From Mustelus asterias (lineage: Eukaryota), in contig NW_027590217.1 of the NCBI RefSeq assembly GCF_964213995.1, forward strand, positions 496,001-560,000: 64,000 nt of DNA. The letters are read 5' to 3'. Below the pieces are notes generated by a model. It was not told the DNA's origin, did no database searches, and saw only the letters and a program-made list of their open reading frames with translations. Below, one piece after another: positions 26,001-40,200 of the stretch. Both the position numbers and the translations under genes were made by a program. The first letter of the stretch is position 1; each line of letters begins with the position of its first letter.

Positions 26001-29000
26001 CATAGAATCATCGAATCCTGACACTGCAGAGGGAGGCCATTCGGCCCATCGAGTCAGCACTGACTCTCCGACAGCATCTTACCCAGGTTCATCCCCCTGC
26101 CCTGTCCCCATAACTCCGAGTATTTACCCCATTAATTCCCCCTGACCTACACGTCTTTGGATTGTGGGGGGAAACCGAAGCTCCTGGAGGAAACTCCTGC
26201 AGACAGGTGGCACGGTGGCACAGTGATTCGCACTGCTGCTTAACAGCGCCAGGGATCCGGGTTCAATTCCCGGCTTGTGTCACTGTCTGTGTGGAGTTTG
26301 CACGTTCTCCCCGTGTCTGTGTGAGTTTCCTCCGGGTGCTCTGATTTCCTCCCATAGTCCAAAGATGTGCGGGTTCGGTGGATTGGCCATGCTAAATTGC
26401 CCCTTAGTTTCAGGGGGATTAGCATGGTAAATGTATAGGGATAGGCCCTGGGTGGGATTGTAGTTGGTGCAGACTCGATGGGCCAAATGGCCTCCTTCTG
26501 CACTGTTGATTCGATGATAAGCACCGAGGGTTAAAAGGAAACAGAGGACTGGATTTTGCAGGGTGGTGGGGGTGCAGACTGATCCCGATGGGATTGACTT
26601 TTACAAACCCTGACTCACAATGACGACACGCTGGGCTGAGCTAAACAGGCTGGGGGTCAGACTTCTGCCCCTCAGTGGACAGGAAGTCCAATCCTCCAGA
26701 GCTGCCAATGGGGAACTGCAAGGAGGCACAGAAAGAAGATCATGGCGACCAGAGACAGCTAATTTCCAGTTTCCAGGGTGGGAATGAATCAAAGAGCCTT
26801 CGGAAGGTGGAGAGGGGGGGGTGGGAGGCTGGAGTTTGGAAGATAGGCGGGGAGGAACAAAGGCAGAATGTGACATCTTGGGGCGTGTGCTCCACTCCAA
26901 CATCTGCTCCTGGATGTATGACTGCACTGGATGAGATTCCTTCAAACACAGGACTGGGACCAGTATCTGTAATATATTACACCACAGTTTGTAGCTCCCC
27001 CACACACGGGACCGAAAACTTCTTCCAATATCTGTTCCAATATTATTGGGGAACATTCCCCCAATATCTTGTCCTGGGTGTATTCCCCAAAGTGTAAGCA
27101 CTCCCCAGTGCCTTTCCAGCATCTGAAAGGTATAAATCAGTAGTGTGATGGAATACGGCACGGTGGCACTGTGGTTAGCACTGCTGCCTCACAGCGCCAG
27201 GGACCCGGGTTTAATTCCAACGTTGGGTAACTTGCTGTGCGGGAGTCTGCACGTTCTCCCCGTGTCCGTGTGGGTTTCCTCCGGGTGCCCCGGTGTCCTC
27301 CCACAGTCCAAAAATGTGCAGGTTATGTTTATTGGCCATGCTGAATTGCCCCTTGGTGTCAGGAGGATTAGAAGGGTAAATCTGGAAATTAAGAATCTAC
27401 TGATGACCATGAAACCATTGTCGATTGTCGGAAAATCCCATCTGGTTCACTCATGTCCTTTAGAGAAGGTAATCTGCGTCCTTACCTGGTCTGGCTGACA
27501 TGTGACTCCAGAGCCACAGCAATGTGGATGACTCTCAACTGTCCTCGGGCAACTAGGGATGGGCAATAAATGCTGGCCAGCCAGCGATGCCCATGTCCCA
27601 CAAATGAATAAAAAAAATACATGGAGTTACGGGGATTGGGCCTGGGTGGGATTGTTTTCGGAGAGTCAGTGCAGACTCAATGGGCCGAATGGCCTCCTTG
27701 TGCATCGTAGGGATGCTATGACTCTATGATACTCTCCACTTGGCTGGCTGAGCGCAGTTCAATCAAATCTCCAGTCGCTGGAGACCATCCAAGGAAAAGC
27801 AACCCGCTTGATTGGCACCTATCCACCATTTTGGCATTCACTCCCTCCACCAGCGAGGGACAGTGGCAGCAGTGTGTACCGTCTACAAGATGTACCGCAG
27901 AATTCACCAAGTTTCAAAACAACACTTTCCAAACCCATGGCCTCTAAAGGAGATTTATGAACCAGATGGGTTTTTAACGACAATCAACAATGGTTTAATG
28001 ATCATCATTGGAATTTTAATTCCAGATTTTTATTGTACTCAGACTTCACCACCCGCCGTGGGTGGATTCGAACCCAGGTCCCCAGGGCATTACCCTGGAG
28101 ATCTGGGTTGATAGTCCAGCGACAATACCACGACACCACCACCAACTTCCTTGGAAGGACAAGGATGGCAAACACATGGTGGGAAGACCAAGTTTCCCTC
28201 CAGGTCGCTCACCATCCTGACTTGGAAATATATCGCAAGGTCATCCCCGTCGCTGGGTCAGAATCCAGAAAATCCCACTCCAGGACTGTGGGAGCAGCGA
28301 CACAATGTGAACTGTTTAAGAAGGTGGCTCACCAAAGGGCCTTAAGGGGTGGACAATACATACTCATCCATACCCCATGAATGAGTAAATACACTATTTG
28401 TGATTGGGAATCTCTCCCAATACGATATATCTCTGCCTGTACGAAATATTCCCCGGTAGCTTTACAGGAGAAATTCACCCCCACATGGGAGAAGGAACTG
28501 GGTTGTATTTATTCACATATTGTATTCTGGAAGGATCAATACATTGAACAAGGAACCTCTCCGATATCTGATCCTCTGATGTGTTTCTCCAGTGACAATA
28601 TTCAGGAAATTCCCTCCTGCAAGAGAATCCTTCACTCTCATCCTTTCCCCCCTCCCCCACTCTCCAGAGAGCATCTATCTCCACTTGGAAAGGCAAAGCT
28701 TGATTCGGGACAGTCAGCATGGCTTCGTCAGAGGGCGGTCATGCCTAACACATTTGATTGAATTTTTTGAGGAAGTGACCAGGTGTGTAGATGAGGGTAG
28801 TGCAGTCGATGTAGTTTACATGGATTCCAGCAAAGCCTTTGACAAGGTCCCGCATGGGAGACTTGTAAAGAAGGTAAATTCACATGGGATAAAGGGTAAT
28901 TTGATAAAGTGGATTCAAAATTGGCTCGGTTGTAGGAGACAGAGGGTGATGACAGAAGGTTGCTTTAGTGACTGGAAGCCAGTGTCCAGTGGCGCACCAC

Positions 29001-29406
29001 AGATATCTGTGTTGGGTCGCCTATTATTCGTCATTTATATCAATTACATTGATGACTGTGGGGATAGGATGAGTAAGTTTGCAGATGACAAACAAGGATT
29101 GGACGGGTGGTTAACAGTGAGGTGGAATGTTTAAGGCTACAAGATGATATAGACGGGATGGTCAAATGGGCGGACAAATGGCAGATGGAATTTAACCCTG
29201 AAAACTGTGAGGTGGTACACTTTGGAAGGGGTAATTTGACAGGAAAGTATTCAATGAATGGTTGGACACTAGGAAGTTCTGTGGAACAAAGGGGCCTTGG
29301 CGTGTTTGTCCACAGATCTCTGAAAGCGGAAGGGCATCTTAGTAGGGTGGTGAAAAAAGCATATGGTACACTTGCCTTTATCAATCAAGGCAATGATTAT
29401 AAAGCA

Positions 29407-30525
29407 AGAAGTTTAACAACACCAGGTTAAAGTCCAACAGGTTTACTTGGTAGCAAAAGCCACACAAGCTTTCAGAGCCTGAAGCCCCTTCTTCAGGTGA
29501 GTGGGAATTCAGTTCACAAACAGGGCATAGAAAGACACAAACTCAATTTACATGAATAATGGTTGGAATGCGAATACTTCCAGCTAATCAAGTCTTTAAG
29601 ATACAAACAATGTGAGTGGAGAGAGCATCAAGACAGGCTAAAGAGATGTGTATTGTCTCCAGACAGGACAGTCAGTGAGACTCTGCAGCTCCAGGCAAGC
29701 TGTGAGAATTACAAATAGTGTGACATGAACCCAATATCCCGGTTGAGGCCATCTTCATGTGTGCGGAACTTGGCTATCAGTTTCTGCTCAGCGACTCTGC
29801 GCCGTCGTGTGTCGTGAAGGCCGCCTTGGAGAACGCTTACCCGAAGATCAGAGGCTGAATGCCTGTGACCGCTGAAGTGCTCCCCCACAGGAAGAGAACA
29901 GTCTTGCCTGGTGATTGTCGAGCGGTGTTCATTCATCCGCTGTCGCAGCGTCTGCATGGTTTCCCCAAGGGACCATGTCTCGGGACATCCTTTCCTGCAG
30001 AGTATCAGGTAGACAACGTTGGCCGAGTTGCAAGAGTAGGTACCGTGTACCTGGTGGATGGTGTTCTCACGTGAGATGATGGCATCTGTGTCGATGATCC
30101 GGCACGTCTTGCAGAGGTTGCTGTGGCAGGGTTGTGTGGTGTCGTGGTCACTGTTCTCCTGAAGGCTGGGTAGTTTGCTGCAGACAATGGTCTGTTTGAG
30201 GTTGTGCGGTTGTTTGAAGGCAAGAAGTGGGGATGGCCTTGGCAAGATGTTCGTCTTCATCAATGACATGTTGAAGGCTCCGGAGGAGATGCCGTAGCTT
30301 CTTTAGCCATAGACTTGATTAGCTGGAAGTATTCGCATTCCAACCATTATTCATATAAATTGAGTTTGTGTCTTTATATGCCCTGTTTGTGAACAGAATT
30401 CCCACTCACCTTAAGGCTCCGAAAGCTTGTGTGGCTTTTGCGACCAAATAAACCTGTTGGACTTTAACCTGGTGTTGTTAAACTTCTTACTGTGTTTACC
30501 CCAGTCCAACGCCGGCATCTTCACA
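29407..30525 (-). mobile_element. Penelope-like retroelement remnant (GIY-YIG endonuclease) with inverted terminal pseudo-LTRs, inserted in a CR1
   Basis: ORF 29709-30269: PCHSNLCKTC...YSCNSANVVYLILC...GETMQTLRQRMNEHR...VGEHFS...AEQKLI...GLNRD, typical of Penelope GIY-YIG. ~190 bp inverted arms (29407-29595 vs 30312-30488). Target duplication caatgattataaa(a)gca at 29391-29406 and 30526-30542. Confidence 0.92.
29461..29505 (-). ncRNA. Minimal type I hammerhead ribozyme motif in the Penelope pseudo-LTR
   Basis: Minus strand reads CUCAC-CUGAAGA-A-GGGGC-UUCAG-GCUCU-GAAA-GCUU-GUG: core CUGANGA/GAAA, stem II hairpin, palindromic AGCU stem III, CAC/GUG stem I. Confidence 0.7.
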
Positions 30526-33240
30526 CAATGATTATAAAAGCAGGGAAGTTCATGTTGGAGTTGTATCGAACTTTAGTGAGGCCACAGCTGGAGTACTGTG
30601 TGCAGTGCTGGTTGCCTCATTATCGGAGGGATGTGATTGCAGTGGAGGGAGTGCAGAGGAGATTCACCAGGATGCTGCCTGGGATGGAGCATTTAAGTTA
30701 TGAAAAGAGGTTGGGTAGGCTTGAGTTGTTTTCGTTGGAGCAGAGAAGACCGAGGGGGCGACCTGATCGAGGTGGACAAGATTATGAGAGGCTTGGACAG
30801 GGTGGATAAGGAGCAGCTTTCCCCTTAGTTGAAGGGTCAGTCACGTGGCAACATAGGTTCAAGGTGAGGGGCAGAAGCTTTAAGGGGGATGTGAGGAAAA
30901 GCTTTTTTATCCAGAGGATGGTGATAGTCTGGAATGCGCTGCCTCGGAGGGTGGAGGAAGCGGGTTGCCTCCCATCCTTTAAAAAGTACCTGATGAGCAC
31001 TTGGCACATCATAACATTCAGGGCAATGGGCCAAGTGCGGGCAGATGGGATTGGGTGGGAGTTCAGGTGTTTCTAATGTGTCGGTGCAGACTCGATGGGC
31101 TGAAGGGCCTCTTCTGCTCTGCGTGGTTCTATCATTCTATGACTCATCCACCCCCAACCCCTGCCACCAGCACCCACTCTCCTCCGCCTCTGAATATCTG
31201 GTCCTGGGGTGTATTTTCCCAATGGATTTATTTCTATCATAAAAACTACTCTGGGGTTTACAGGGTGGATGCTGAGAAAATGTTTGTCCTGGCTGGGAAA
31301 TCTGGAACCAGGGTGGGGGGGGTGGGGGCGGGGGTCGCAGTCTCAGAATCAGAGGTCAGCTCATTAGGATTGAGATGAGGAGAAAGAAGTTTGGGAATGG
31401 TCTCTCCCAAAGAGCTGTGGATATCGATGTTCAGTATATCCACAAACAGAGATCAATAAATATTGGGATACTGAGGGACGTGGTTGGATATTGGGGAAAT
31501 TACAGGATATGGGGATTGTGCGGGATGGTAGAAGATCAGCCATGATCTTATTGAATGGCAGAGAAAGTCAAATGACTTACTCCAGCTCCTAGTTCTTATG
31601 TTCATTTGCTGGAAGGAGCGGCACGGTGGCACAGTGGTTCGCACTGCTGCCTCACAGCGCCTCGGGCTCGGCCTCGGGTCACTGTCTGTGTGGAGTTTGC
31701 ACATTCTCCTTGTGTCTGCGTGGGTTTCCTCCGGGTGCTCCCGTTTCCTCCCACAGTCCGAAAGATGTGCAGGTTCGGTGGACTGGTCATGCTAAATTGC
31801 CCCTTATTGCCCAAAGATGTGCAGGTTAGGTGGATTGGCCATGCTAAATTGTCCCTTAGTTTCCAAAGATGTGTAGGTTAGGTGGATTGGCCGTGCTAAA
31901 TTGTCCCTTGGTGTCCAAAGATGAGCAGGTTAGAGGGATTAGCGGGGTAAATATGTGGGATTGCGGGAAAAGGGTCTGGGTGGGATAGTGGTCGGTGCAA
32001 ACTCGATGGGCCGAATGGCCTCTTTCTGCACTGTAGGGTTTCTATGATTCTTCCCTGCTGCCTCCTGCTTCTCTCTCCCCTCCCTCCCTCTCTCCCCTCC
32101 CTCCCTCTCTTTCCCTGGACAGAGGCAGAAGTTCACATTCAGAGTTTGGTGCACTGTGTACAAACTGACTGCCCGGCAATGACTGCTCAGAGAGAAGCAA
32201 TAAACTCAAAACAGGAAGCAGAGGCCCAGGCCGTTATTGGAAGCTCTGGAGTGTGAAAATTATACTGAGGACAGAGGGCCTTGGCATTCACTCCCTGACA
32301 GACAGAGAGAGAGAGAGAGAGGTGTCGGTATCGGGAGCTGAGCGAAGTTTCTGCAGGGGGAGCGGAGCCCAGTGACATGGTAAGGGAGCGGTTTATTCCT
32401 CTCTCAGACTGGATTTGGAGATGGGTGAATTGTGGGTGAGGAAGGGCGGGGCTTTGGCTGCTAACCTGGGAAACAGTGCAGGAGCTGCCTGTTGCACTGA
32501 GAGAGATGGAGGCCCTGTGATCGGAAGGGGGAGAAGAGAGAGAGAGAGGGGGGAGTGTGTTATAAAGCATGAGAGAGCAATCAGACAGGAGTGTAATGTG
32601 GATTGGGAGTGGAAATAAACTGAATAATGATATTATCGAGCGGTAAAGAGAGAGGGAAACTGGAGGTATAAATCCCGTCTCACATTATAATTGATTGGCC
32701 AGTTTATTGCATTATAATTTATTCACCAGTATAGTGAGCTCTGATTGATCGAGCACTATTCTGAACTGTGATTTATTTATTCACCAGCATTTTGTATTAT
32801 TTTTCGCCGGGTGCTCTGGTTTCCCCCCACAGTCCACAGACGTGCAAGTTAGGTGGATTGGCTGCACTAAATTGCCCCTTAGTTTGTCTGAGGGTGGCTG
32901 TGCTTGATGTGGTGAAGGGCCCCTCAAGCTATAAGCCCCCGGCGACCGACTAACGCCCTGTTCTGGGAATAATTAGCAACAGAAACAGACGGAAGTCTGA
33001 CCTACGCGCTGTCGGTTGCAGAAAGGTTGAGAGAGAGAGAGAGATCTTGTATTACGATCCATCCAGATATATATTGTATTGAAATTTATCCAGGTAAATT
33101 CCATTGCCATGTGAACCTGGAGGAAGGGTTAATCATAGAATCCATAGAATATCTACAGTGCAGAAGGAGGCCATTCAGCCCATCGAGTCTGCACCGACCA
33201 CAATTCCACCAGGCCCTATTCCTGTAACCCCACTTATTTA

Positions 33241-33438
33241 CAGTAAGAAGTCTCACAGCACCAGGTTAAAGTCCAACTGGTTTATTTGGTGGCACGAGCT
33301 TTTGGAGCGCTGCTCCTTCTTCAGGTGAACAGCACTCCGAAAGCTCGTGCTACCAAATAAACCTGTTGGACTTTAACCTGGTGCTGTGAGACTTCTTACT
33401 GTCCCACCCCAGTCCAGCGCCGGCACCTCCACATCACA
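33241..33438. mobile_element. Short palindromic Penelope-derived element inserted into an HE1-type SINE
   Basis: Inverted arms as above; flanking ac(t/a)tatttac duplication; the host SINE (33133-33663, minus) resumes after it. Confidence 0.8.
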
Positions 33439-34204
33439 GATACATATTTACCCTGCCAATCGCCCTGACATTAGGGTCAATTTAGCACGGCCAATCAACC
33501 TAACCCACACACGTTTGGACTGTGGGAGGAAACCGGAGCACCCGGAGGAAACACATGGGGAGAACGTGCAAGCTCCACACAGACAGTGACCCGAGGCCGG
33601 AATTGAACCCAGGTCCCTGGCGCTGTGAGGCAGCAATGCTAACCATTGTGCCACTGTGTCGCCCTTAGATTTTGTTGATTTTCTTCATATGAAAGCAAAA
33701 CGTTGCAGATGTTGGATATCTGAAATAAAAGTAAAAAGTGCTGGAAAAACTCAGCAGACCATTCCAAAGAAGATCCGTATTGGACTTGGAACACTGGCCG
33801 GGACTTTACAGCCTCGCTCGTCGTGGAACCGTAAAATCCCGCTCAAGGTCAACGGACCTTTCCATGGTCCGTTCCTCGCCCGCTCCGATTCCCGTGGCGG
33901 GCAGGCCAGTAAAATTCCAGCCATTGGGCAGAATTTTCCAAAAAAAACTGAGGCTGGAATTTTCCAGCTGTTCAGGCCCCGCCCCTGCTGCAAGTGAGGA
34001 CGGAGAATTTGGCGCTCAGCCAAGTCTTCATTCATTGCAGCGGGACTGGAGAATTCCACTGGCATGAAAATTCCGGCCTCGGTCTCATAATGGCGGGAAT
34101 ACCGGAGCAATCCACGCTGGTCTGTCAGGCGCTGTCAGGAACGCAATCGGCCCACACTCAGTCAGTTTTCGGGAGAGCGGTGATTTGCTCACTGTCCTGA
34201 GGTG

Positions 34205-37200
34205 GGTGGGGGGATCCTAAACACACTGGGGGGACCCTAAACACACCGGGGGGAACCCTAAACACACTGGGGGGGACCCTAAACACACTGGGGGGACCCT
34301 AAACACACTGGGGGGGACCCTAAACACACTGGGGGGCCCTAAACACACTGGGGGACCCTAAACACACTGGGGGGAACCTAAACACACTGGGGAGACCCTA
34401 AACACACTGGGGGGGACCCTAAACACACTGGGGGGGACCCTAAACACACTGGGGGGCCCTAAACACACTGGGGGGTACCCTAAACACACTGGGGAACCCT
34501 AAACACACTGGGGGGGACCCTAAACACACTGGTGGGGACCCTAAACACACTGGGGGGAACCCAAAACACACTGGGGGGACCCTAAACACACTGGGGAGAC
34601 CCTAAACACACTGGGGGTACCCTAAACACACTGGGGGACCCTAAACACACTGGGGGGGGACCCTAAACACACTGGGGGACCCTAAACACACTGGGGGACC
34701 CTAAACAGACTGGGGGGGGACCCTAAACACACTGGGGGGCCCTAAACACACTGGGGGGGGACCCTAAACACACTGGGGAACCCTAAACACACTGGGGGGA
34801 CCCTAAACACACTGGGGGGACCCTAAACACACTGGGGAGACCCTAAACACACTGGGGGGGACCCTAAACACACTGGGGGGACCCTAAACACACTGGGGGA
34901 CCCTAAACACACTGGGGGAGACCCTAAACACACTGGGGGACCCTAAACACACTGGGGGGAACCTAAACACACTGGGGGACCCTAAACACACTGGGGGGGA
35001 CCCTAAACACACTGGGGGGGACGCTAAACACACTGGGGGAGACCCTAAACACACTGGGGGACCCTAAACACACTGGGGGAGACCCTAAACACACTGGGGG
35101 ACCCTAAACACACTGGGAGGGGGACCCTAAACACACTGGGGGGACCCTAAACACACTGGGGGGGGACCCTAAACACACTGGGGGGGACCCTAAACACACT
35201 GGGGGGGACCCTAAACACACTGGGGGGCCCTAAACACACTGGGGGACCCTAAACACACTGGGGGGAACCTAAACACACTGGGGAGACCCTAAACACACTG
35301 GGGGGGACCCTAAACACACTGGGGGGGACCCTAAACACACTGGGGGGCCCTAAACACACTGGGGGGTACCCTAAACACACTGGGGAACCCTAAACACACT
35401 GGGGGGGACCCTAAACACACTGGTGGGGACCCTAAACACACTGGGGGGAACCCAAAACACACTGGGGGGACCCTAAACACACTGGGGAGACCCTAAACAC
35501 ACTGGGGGTACCCTAAACACACTGGGGGACCCTAAACACACTGGGGGGGGGACCCTAAACACACTGGGGGACCCTAAACACACTGGGGGACCCTAAACAG
35601 ACTGGGGGGGGACCCTAAACACACTGGGGGGCCCTAAACACACTGGGGGGGGACCCTAAACACACTGGGGAACCCTAAACACACTGGGGGGACCCTAAAC
35701 ACACTGGGGGGACCCTAAACACACTGGGGAGACCCTAAACACACTGGGGGGGACCCTAAACACACTGGGGGGACCCTAAACACACTGGGGGACCCTAAAC
35801 ACACTGGGGGAGACCCTAAACACACTGGGGGACCCTAAACACACTGGGGGGAACCTAAACACACTGGGGGACCCTAAACACACTGGGGGGGACCCTAAAC
35901 ACACTGGGGGGGACCCTAAACACACTGGGGGAGACCCTAAACACACTGGGGGACCCTAAACACACTGGGGGAGACCCTAAACACACTGGGGGACCCTAAA
36001 CACACTGGGAGGGGGACCCTAAACACACTGGGGGGACCCTAAACACACTGGGGGGGGGACCCTAAACACACTGGGGGGGACCCTAAACACACTGGGGGAC
36101 CCTAAACACACTGGGGGGGACCCTAAACACACTGGGGGACCCTAAACACACTGGGGGACCCTAAACACACTGGGGGGGACCCTAAACACACCGGGGGGCC
36201 CTAAACACACTGGGGGGGACCCTAAACACACTGGGGGATCCTAAACACACTGGGGGGACCCTAAACACACTGGGGGGACCCTAAACACACTGGGGTGGCC
36301 CTAAAAACACTGGGGTGACCCTAAACACACTGGGGGGGGGCCCTAAACACACTGGGGGGGCCCTAAACACACTGGGGGACCCTAAACACACTGGGGGGCC
36401 CTAAACACACTGGGGGACCCTAAACACACTGGGGGGGCCCTAAACACACTGGGGGGGGGCCTAAACACACTGGGGGGGCCCTAAACACACTGGGGGACCT
36501 TAAACACACTGGGGGGACCCTAAACACACTGGGGAGACCCTAAACACACTGGGGGGCCCTAAACACACTGGGGGAACCCTAAAGACACTGGGGGGACCCT
36601 AAACACACTGGGGGGGACCCTAAACACACTGGGGGGCCCTAAACACACTGGGGAGACCCTAAACACACTGGGGGACGCTAAACACACTGGGGGACCCTAA
36701 ACACACTGGGGGGACCCTAAACACACTGCGGGGGACCCTAAACACACTGGCGGGACCCTAAACACACTGGGGGGACCCTAAACCTGCTGGGGGACCCTAA
36801 ACACACTGGGCGTACCCTAAACACACTGGGGACCCTAAACACACTGGGGGGGCCTAAACACACTGGGGAAACCCTAAACACACTGGGGGACCCTAAACAC
36901 ACTGGGGGGGGGACCCTAAACACACTGGGGGGGACCCTAAACACACTGGGGGGCCCTAAACACACTGGGGGGACCCTAAACACACTGGGGGGGTCCCTAA
37001 ACACACTGGGGGGACCCTAAACCTGCTGGGGGACCCTAAACACACTGGGGGGGGGACCCTGAACACACTGGGGAGACCGTAAACACACTGGGGGGACCAT
37101 AATCTCACTGGGGGGGTCCCTAAACACACTGGGGGGACCCTAAACCTGCTGGGGGACCCTAAACACACTGGGGGGGACCCTAAACACACTGAGGGACCCT

Positions 37201-40200
37201 AAACACACTGGGGGGACCCTAAACACGCTGGGGGGAACCTAAACACACTGCGGGGGACCCTAAACACACTGGGGGGACCCTAAACACACTGGGGGGGACC
37301 CTAAACACACTGGGGGACCCTAAGCACACTGGGGGGGACCCTAAACACACTGGGGGACCCTAAACACACTGGGGGGACCCTAAACCTGCTGGGGGACCCT
37401 AAACACACTGGGGGGGACCCTAAACACACTGGGGGACCCTAAACACACTGGGGGGGACCCTAAACACACTGGGGGGGGACCCTAAACACACTGGGGGGGG
37501 ACCCTAAACACACTGGGGAAACCCTAAACACACTGGGGGACCCTAAACACACTGGGGGGGACCCTAAACACACTGGGGGGACCCTAAACACACTGGGGGG
37601 ACCATAAGCACACTGGGGGGGTCCCTAAACACACTGGGGGGACCCTAAACACACTGGGGGGTCCCTAAACACACTGGGGGGACCCTAAACCTGCTGGGGG
37701 ACCCTAAACACACTGGGGGGGACCCTAAACACACTGGGGGACCCTAAACACACTGGGGGGACCCTAAACCTGCTGGGGGACCCTAAACACGCTGGGGGAA
37801 CCCTAAATACGCTGGGGGGACCCTAAACACACTGGGGGGCCCTAGACACACTGGAGGGACCTCAACACACTGGGGGGACCTCAACACACTGGGGGGACCC
37901 TAAACCTCATGGCGGACCCTGAACACACTGGGGGGGACCCTAAACACACTGGGGGGGCCTAAACACACTGGGGAAACCCTAAACACACTGGGGGGACCCT
38001 AAGCACACTGGGGGGACCCTAAAAACGCTGGGGGGCCCTAAACACACTGGGGAGACCCTAAACACACTGGGGGACGCTAACTACACTGAGGGACCCTAAA
38101 CACACTGGGGGGACCCTAAACACACTGGGGGAACCCTAAACACAGTGGGGGGACCCTAAACACACTGGGGGGACACTAAACACACTGGGGGGACCCTATA
38201 CACACTGGGGGGACCCTAAACACACTGGGGGAACCCTAAACACACTGGGGGGACCCTAAAAACACGGGGGGAAGCCTAAACACACTGGGGAGACCCTAAA
38301 CACACTGGGGGGACCCTAAACACACTGGGGGGACGCTAAACACACTGGGGGGACCCTAAACACACGGGGGGGACCCTAAACACACTGGGGGGGACCCTAA
38401 ACACACTGGGGGGACCCTAAACACACTGGGGGGACCCTAAACACACTGGGGAGACCCTAAACACACTGCGGGGACCCTAAACACACTGGGGGGACCCTAA
38501 ACACACTGGGGGGCCCTAAACACACTGGGGGGACCCTAAACACACTGGGGGGGTCCCTAAACACACTGGGGGGACCCTAAACACACTGGGGGACGCTAAA
38601 CACACTGGGGGACCCTAAACACACTGGGGGGACCCTAAACACACTGGGGGGCCCTAAACACACTGGGGGACCCTAAACACACTGGGGGACGCTAAACACA
38701 ATGGGGGGTCCCTAAACACACTGGGGGGGCCCTAAACACACTGGGGGACCCTAAACACACTGGGGGGGACCCTAAACACACTGGGGGAGACCCTAAACAC
38801 ACTGGGGGGACCCTAAACACACTGGGGCGACCCTAATCACACTGGGGGACCCTAAACACACTGGGGGACCCTAAACACACTGGGGGACCCTAAACACACT
38901 GGGGGACCCTAAACACACTGGGGAACCCTAAACACACTGGGGGACCCTAAACACACTGGGGGACCCTAAACACACTGTGGGGACCCTAAACACACTGGGG
39001 GGACCCTAAACACACTGGGGGGACCCTAAACACACTGGGGGACCCTAAACACACTGGGGGACCCTAAACACACTGGGGGGACCCTAAACACACTGGGGGG
39101 GACCCTAAACACACTGGGGGGGACCCTAAACACACTGGGGGGACCCTAAACACACTTGGGGACCCTAAACACACTGTGGGGATCCTAAACACACTGGGGG
39201 GGAACCCTAAACACGCTGGGGGGAACCTAAACACACTGGGGGACCCTAAACACACTGCGGGACCCTAAACACACTGGGGGGGACCCTAAACACACTGGGG
39301 GACCCTAAACACCCTGGGGGACCCTAAACACGCTGGGGGGTACCGAAACACACTGCGGGTGACCCTAAACACACTGGGGCGACCCTAAACACACTGGGGG
39401 GGACCCTAAACACACTGGGGGGACCCTAAACCTGCTGGGGGACCCTAAACACACTGGGGGGTACCCTAAACACACTGGGGGGGACCCTAAACACACTGGG
39501 GGGCCTAAACACACTGTAAACACACTGGGGGACCCTAAACACACTGGGGGGCCCTAAACACACTGGGGTGCCCCTAAACACACTGGGGGGACCCTAAACC
39601 TGCTGGGGGACCCTAAACACACTGGGGGGGACCCTAAACACACTGGGGGGACCCTAAACACACTGGGGGGACCATAAACTCACTGGGGGGGTCCCTAAAC
39701 ACACTGGGAGGACCCTAAACCTGCTGGGGGACCCTAAACACACTGAGGGCGACCCTAAACACACTGAGGGACCCAAAACACACTGGGGGGACCCTAAACA
39801 CGCTGGGGGGAACCTAAACACACTGCGGGGGACCCTAAACACACTTGGGGAACCTAAACACACTGGGGGGGACCCTAAACACACTGGGGGGACCCTAAAC
39901 ACACTGGGGGGGACCCTAAACACACTGGGGGACCCTAAACACACTGGGGGACCCTAAGCACACTGGGGGGACCCTAAACACACTGGGGGGACCCTAAACC
40001 TGCTGGGGGACCCTAAACACACTGGGGGGGACCCTAAACACACTGGGGGGGACCCTAAACACACTGGGGAAACCCTAAACACACTGGGGGACCCTAAACA
40101 CACTGGGGGGTACCCTAAACACACTGGGGGGGACCCTAAACACACTGGGGGGGCCTAAACACACTGTAAACACACTGGGGGACCCTAAACACACTGGGGG

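Larger units (their letters stand above)
28668..31145 (+). mobile_element. CR1 ORF2 RT domain to 3' end, split by the Penelope insertion
   Basis: SQHGFVRGRSCLTHLIEFFEEVT..VDEGSAVDVVYMD..KAFDKVPH...SKFADD; resumes at 30526 with [15 protein letters not shown]. Confidence 0.92.
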
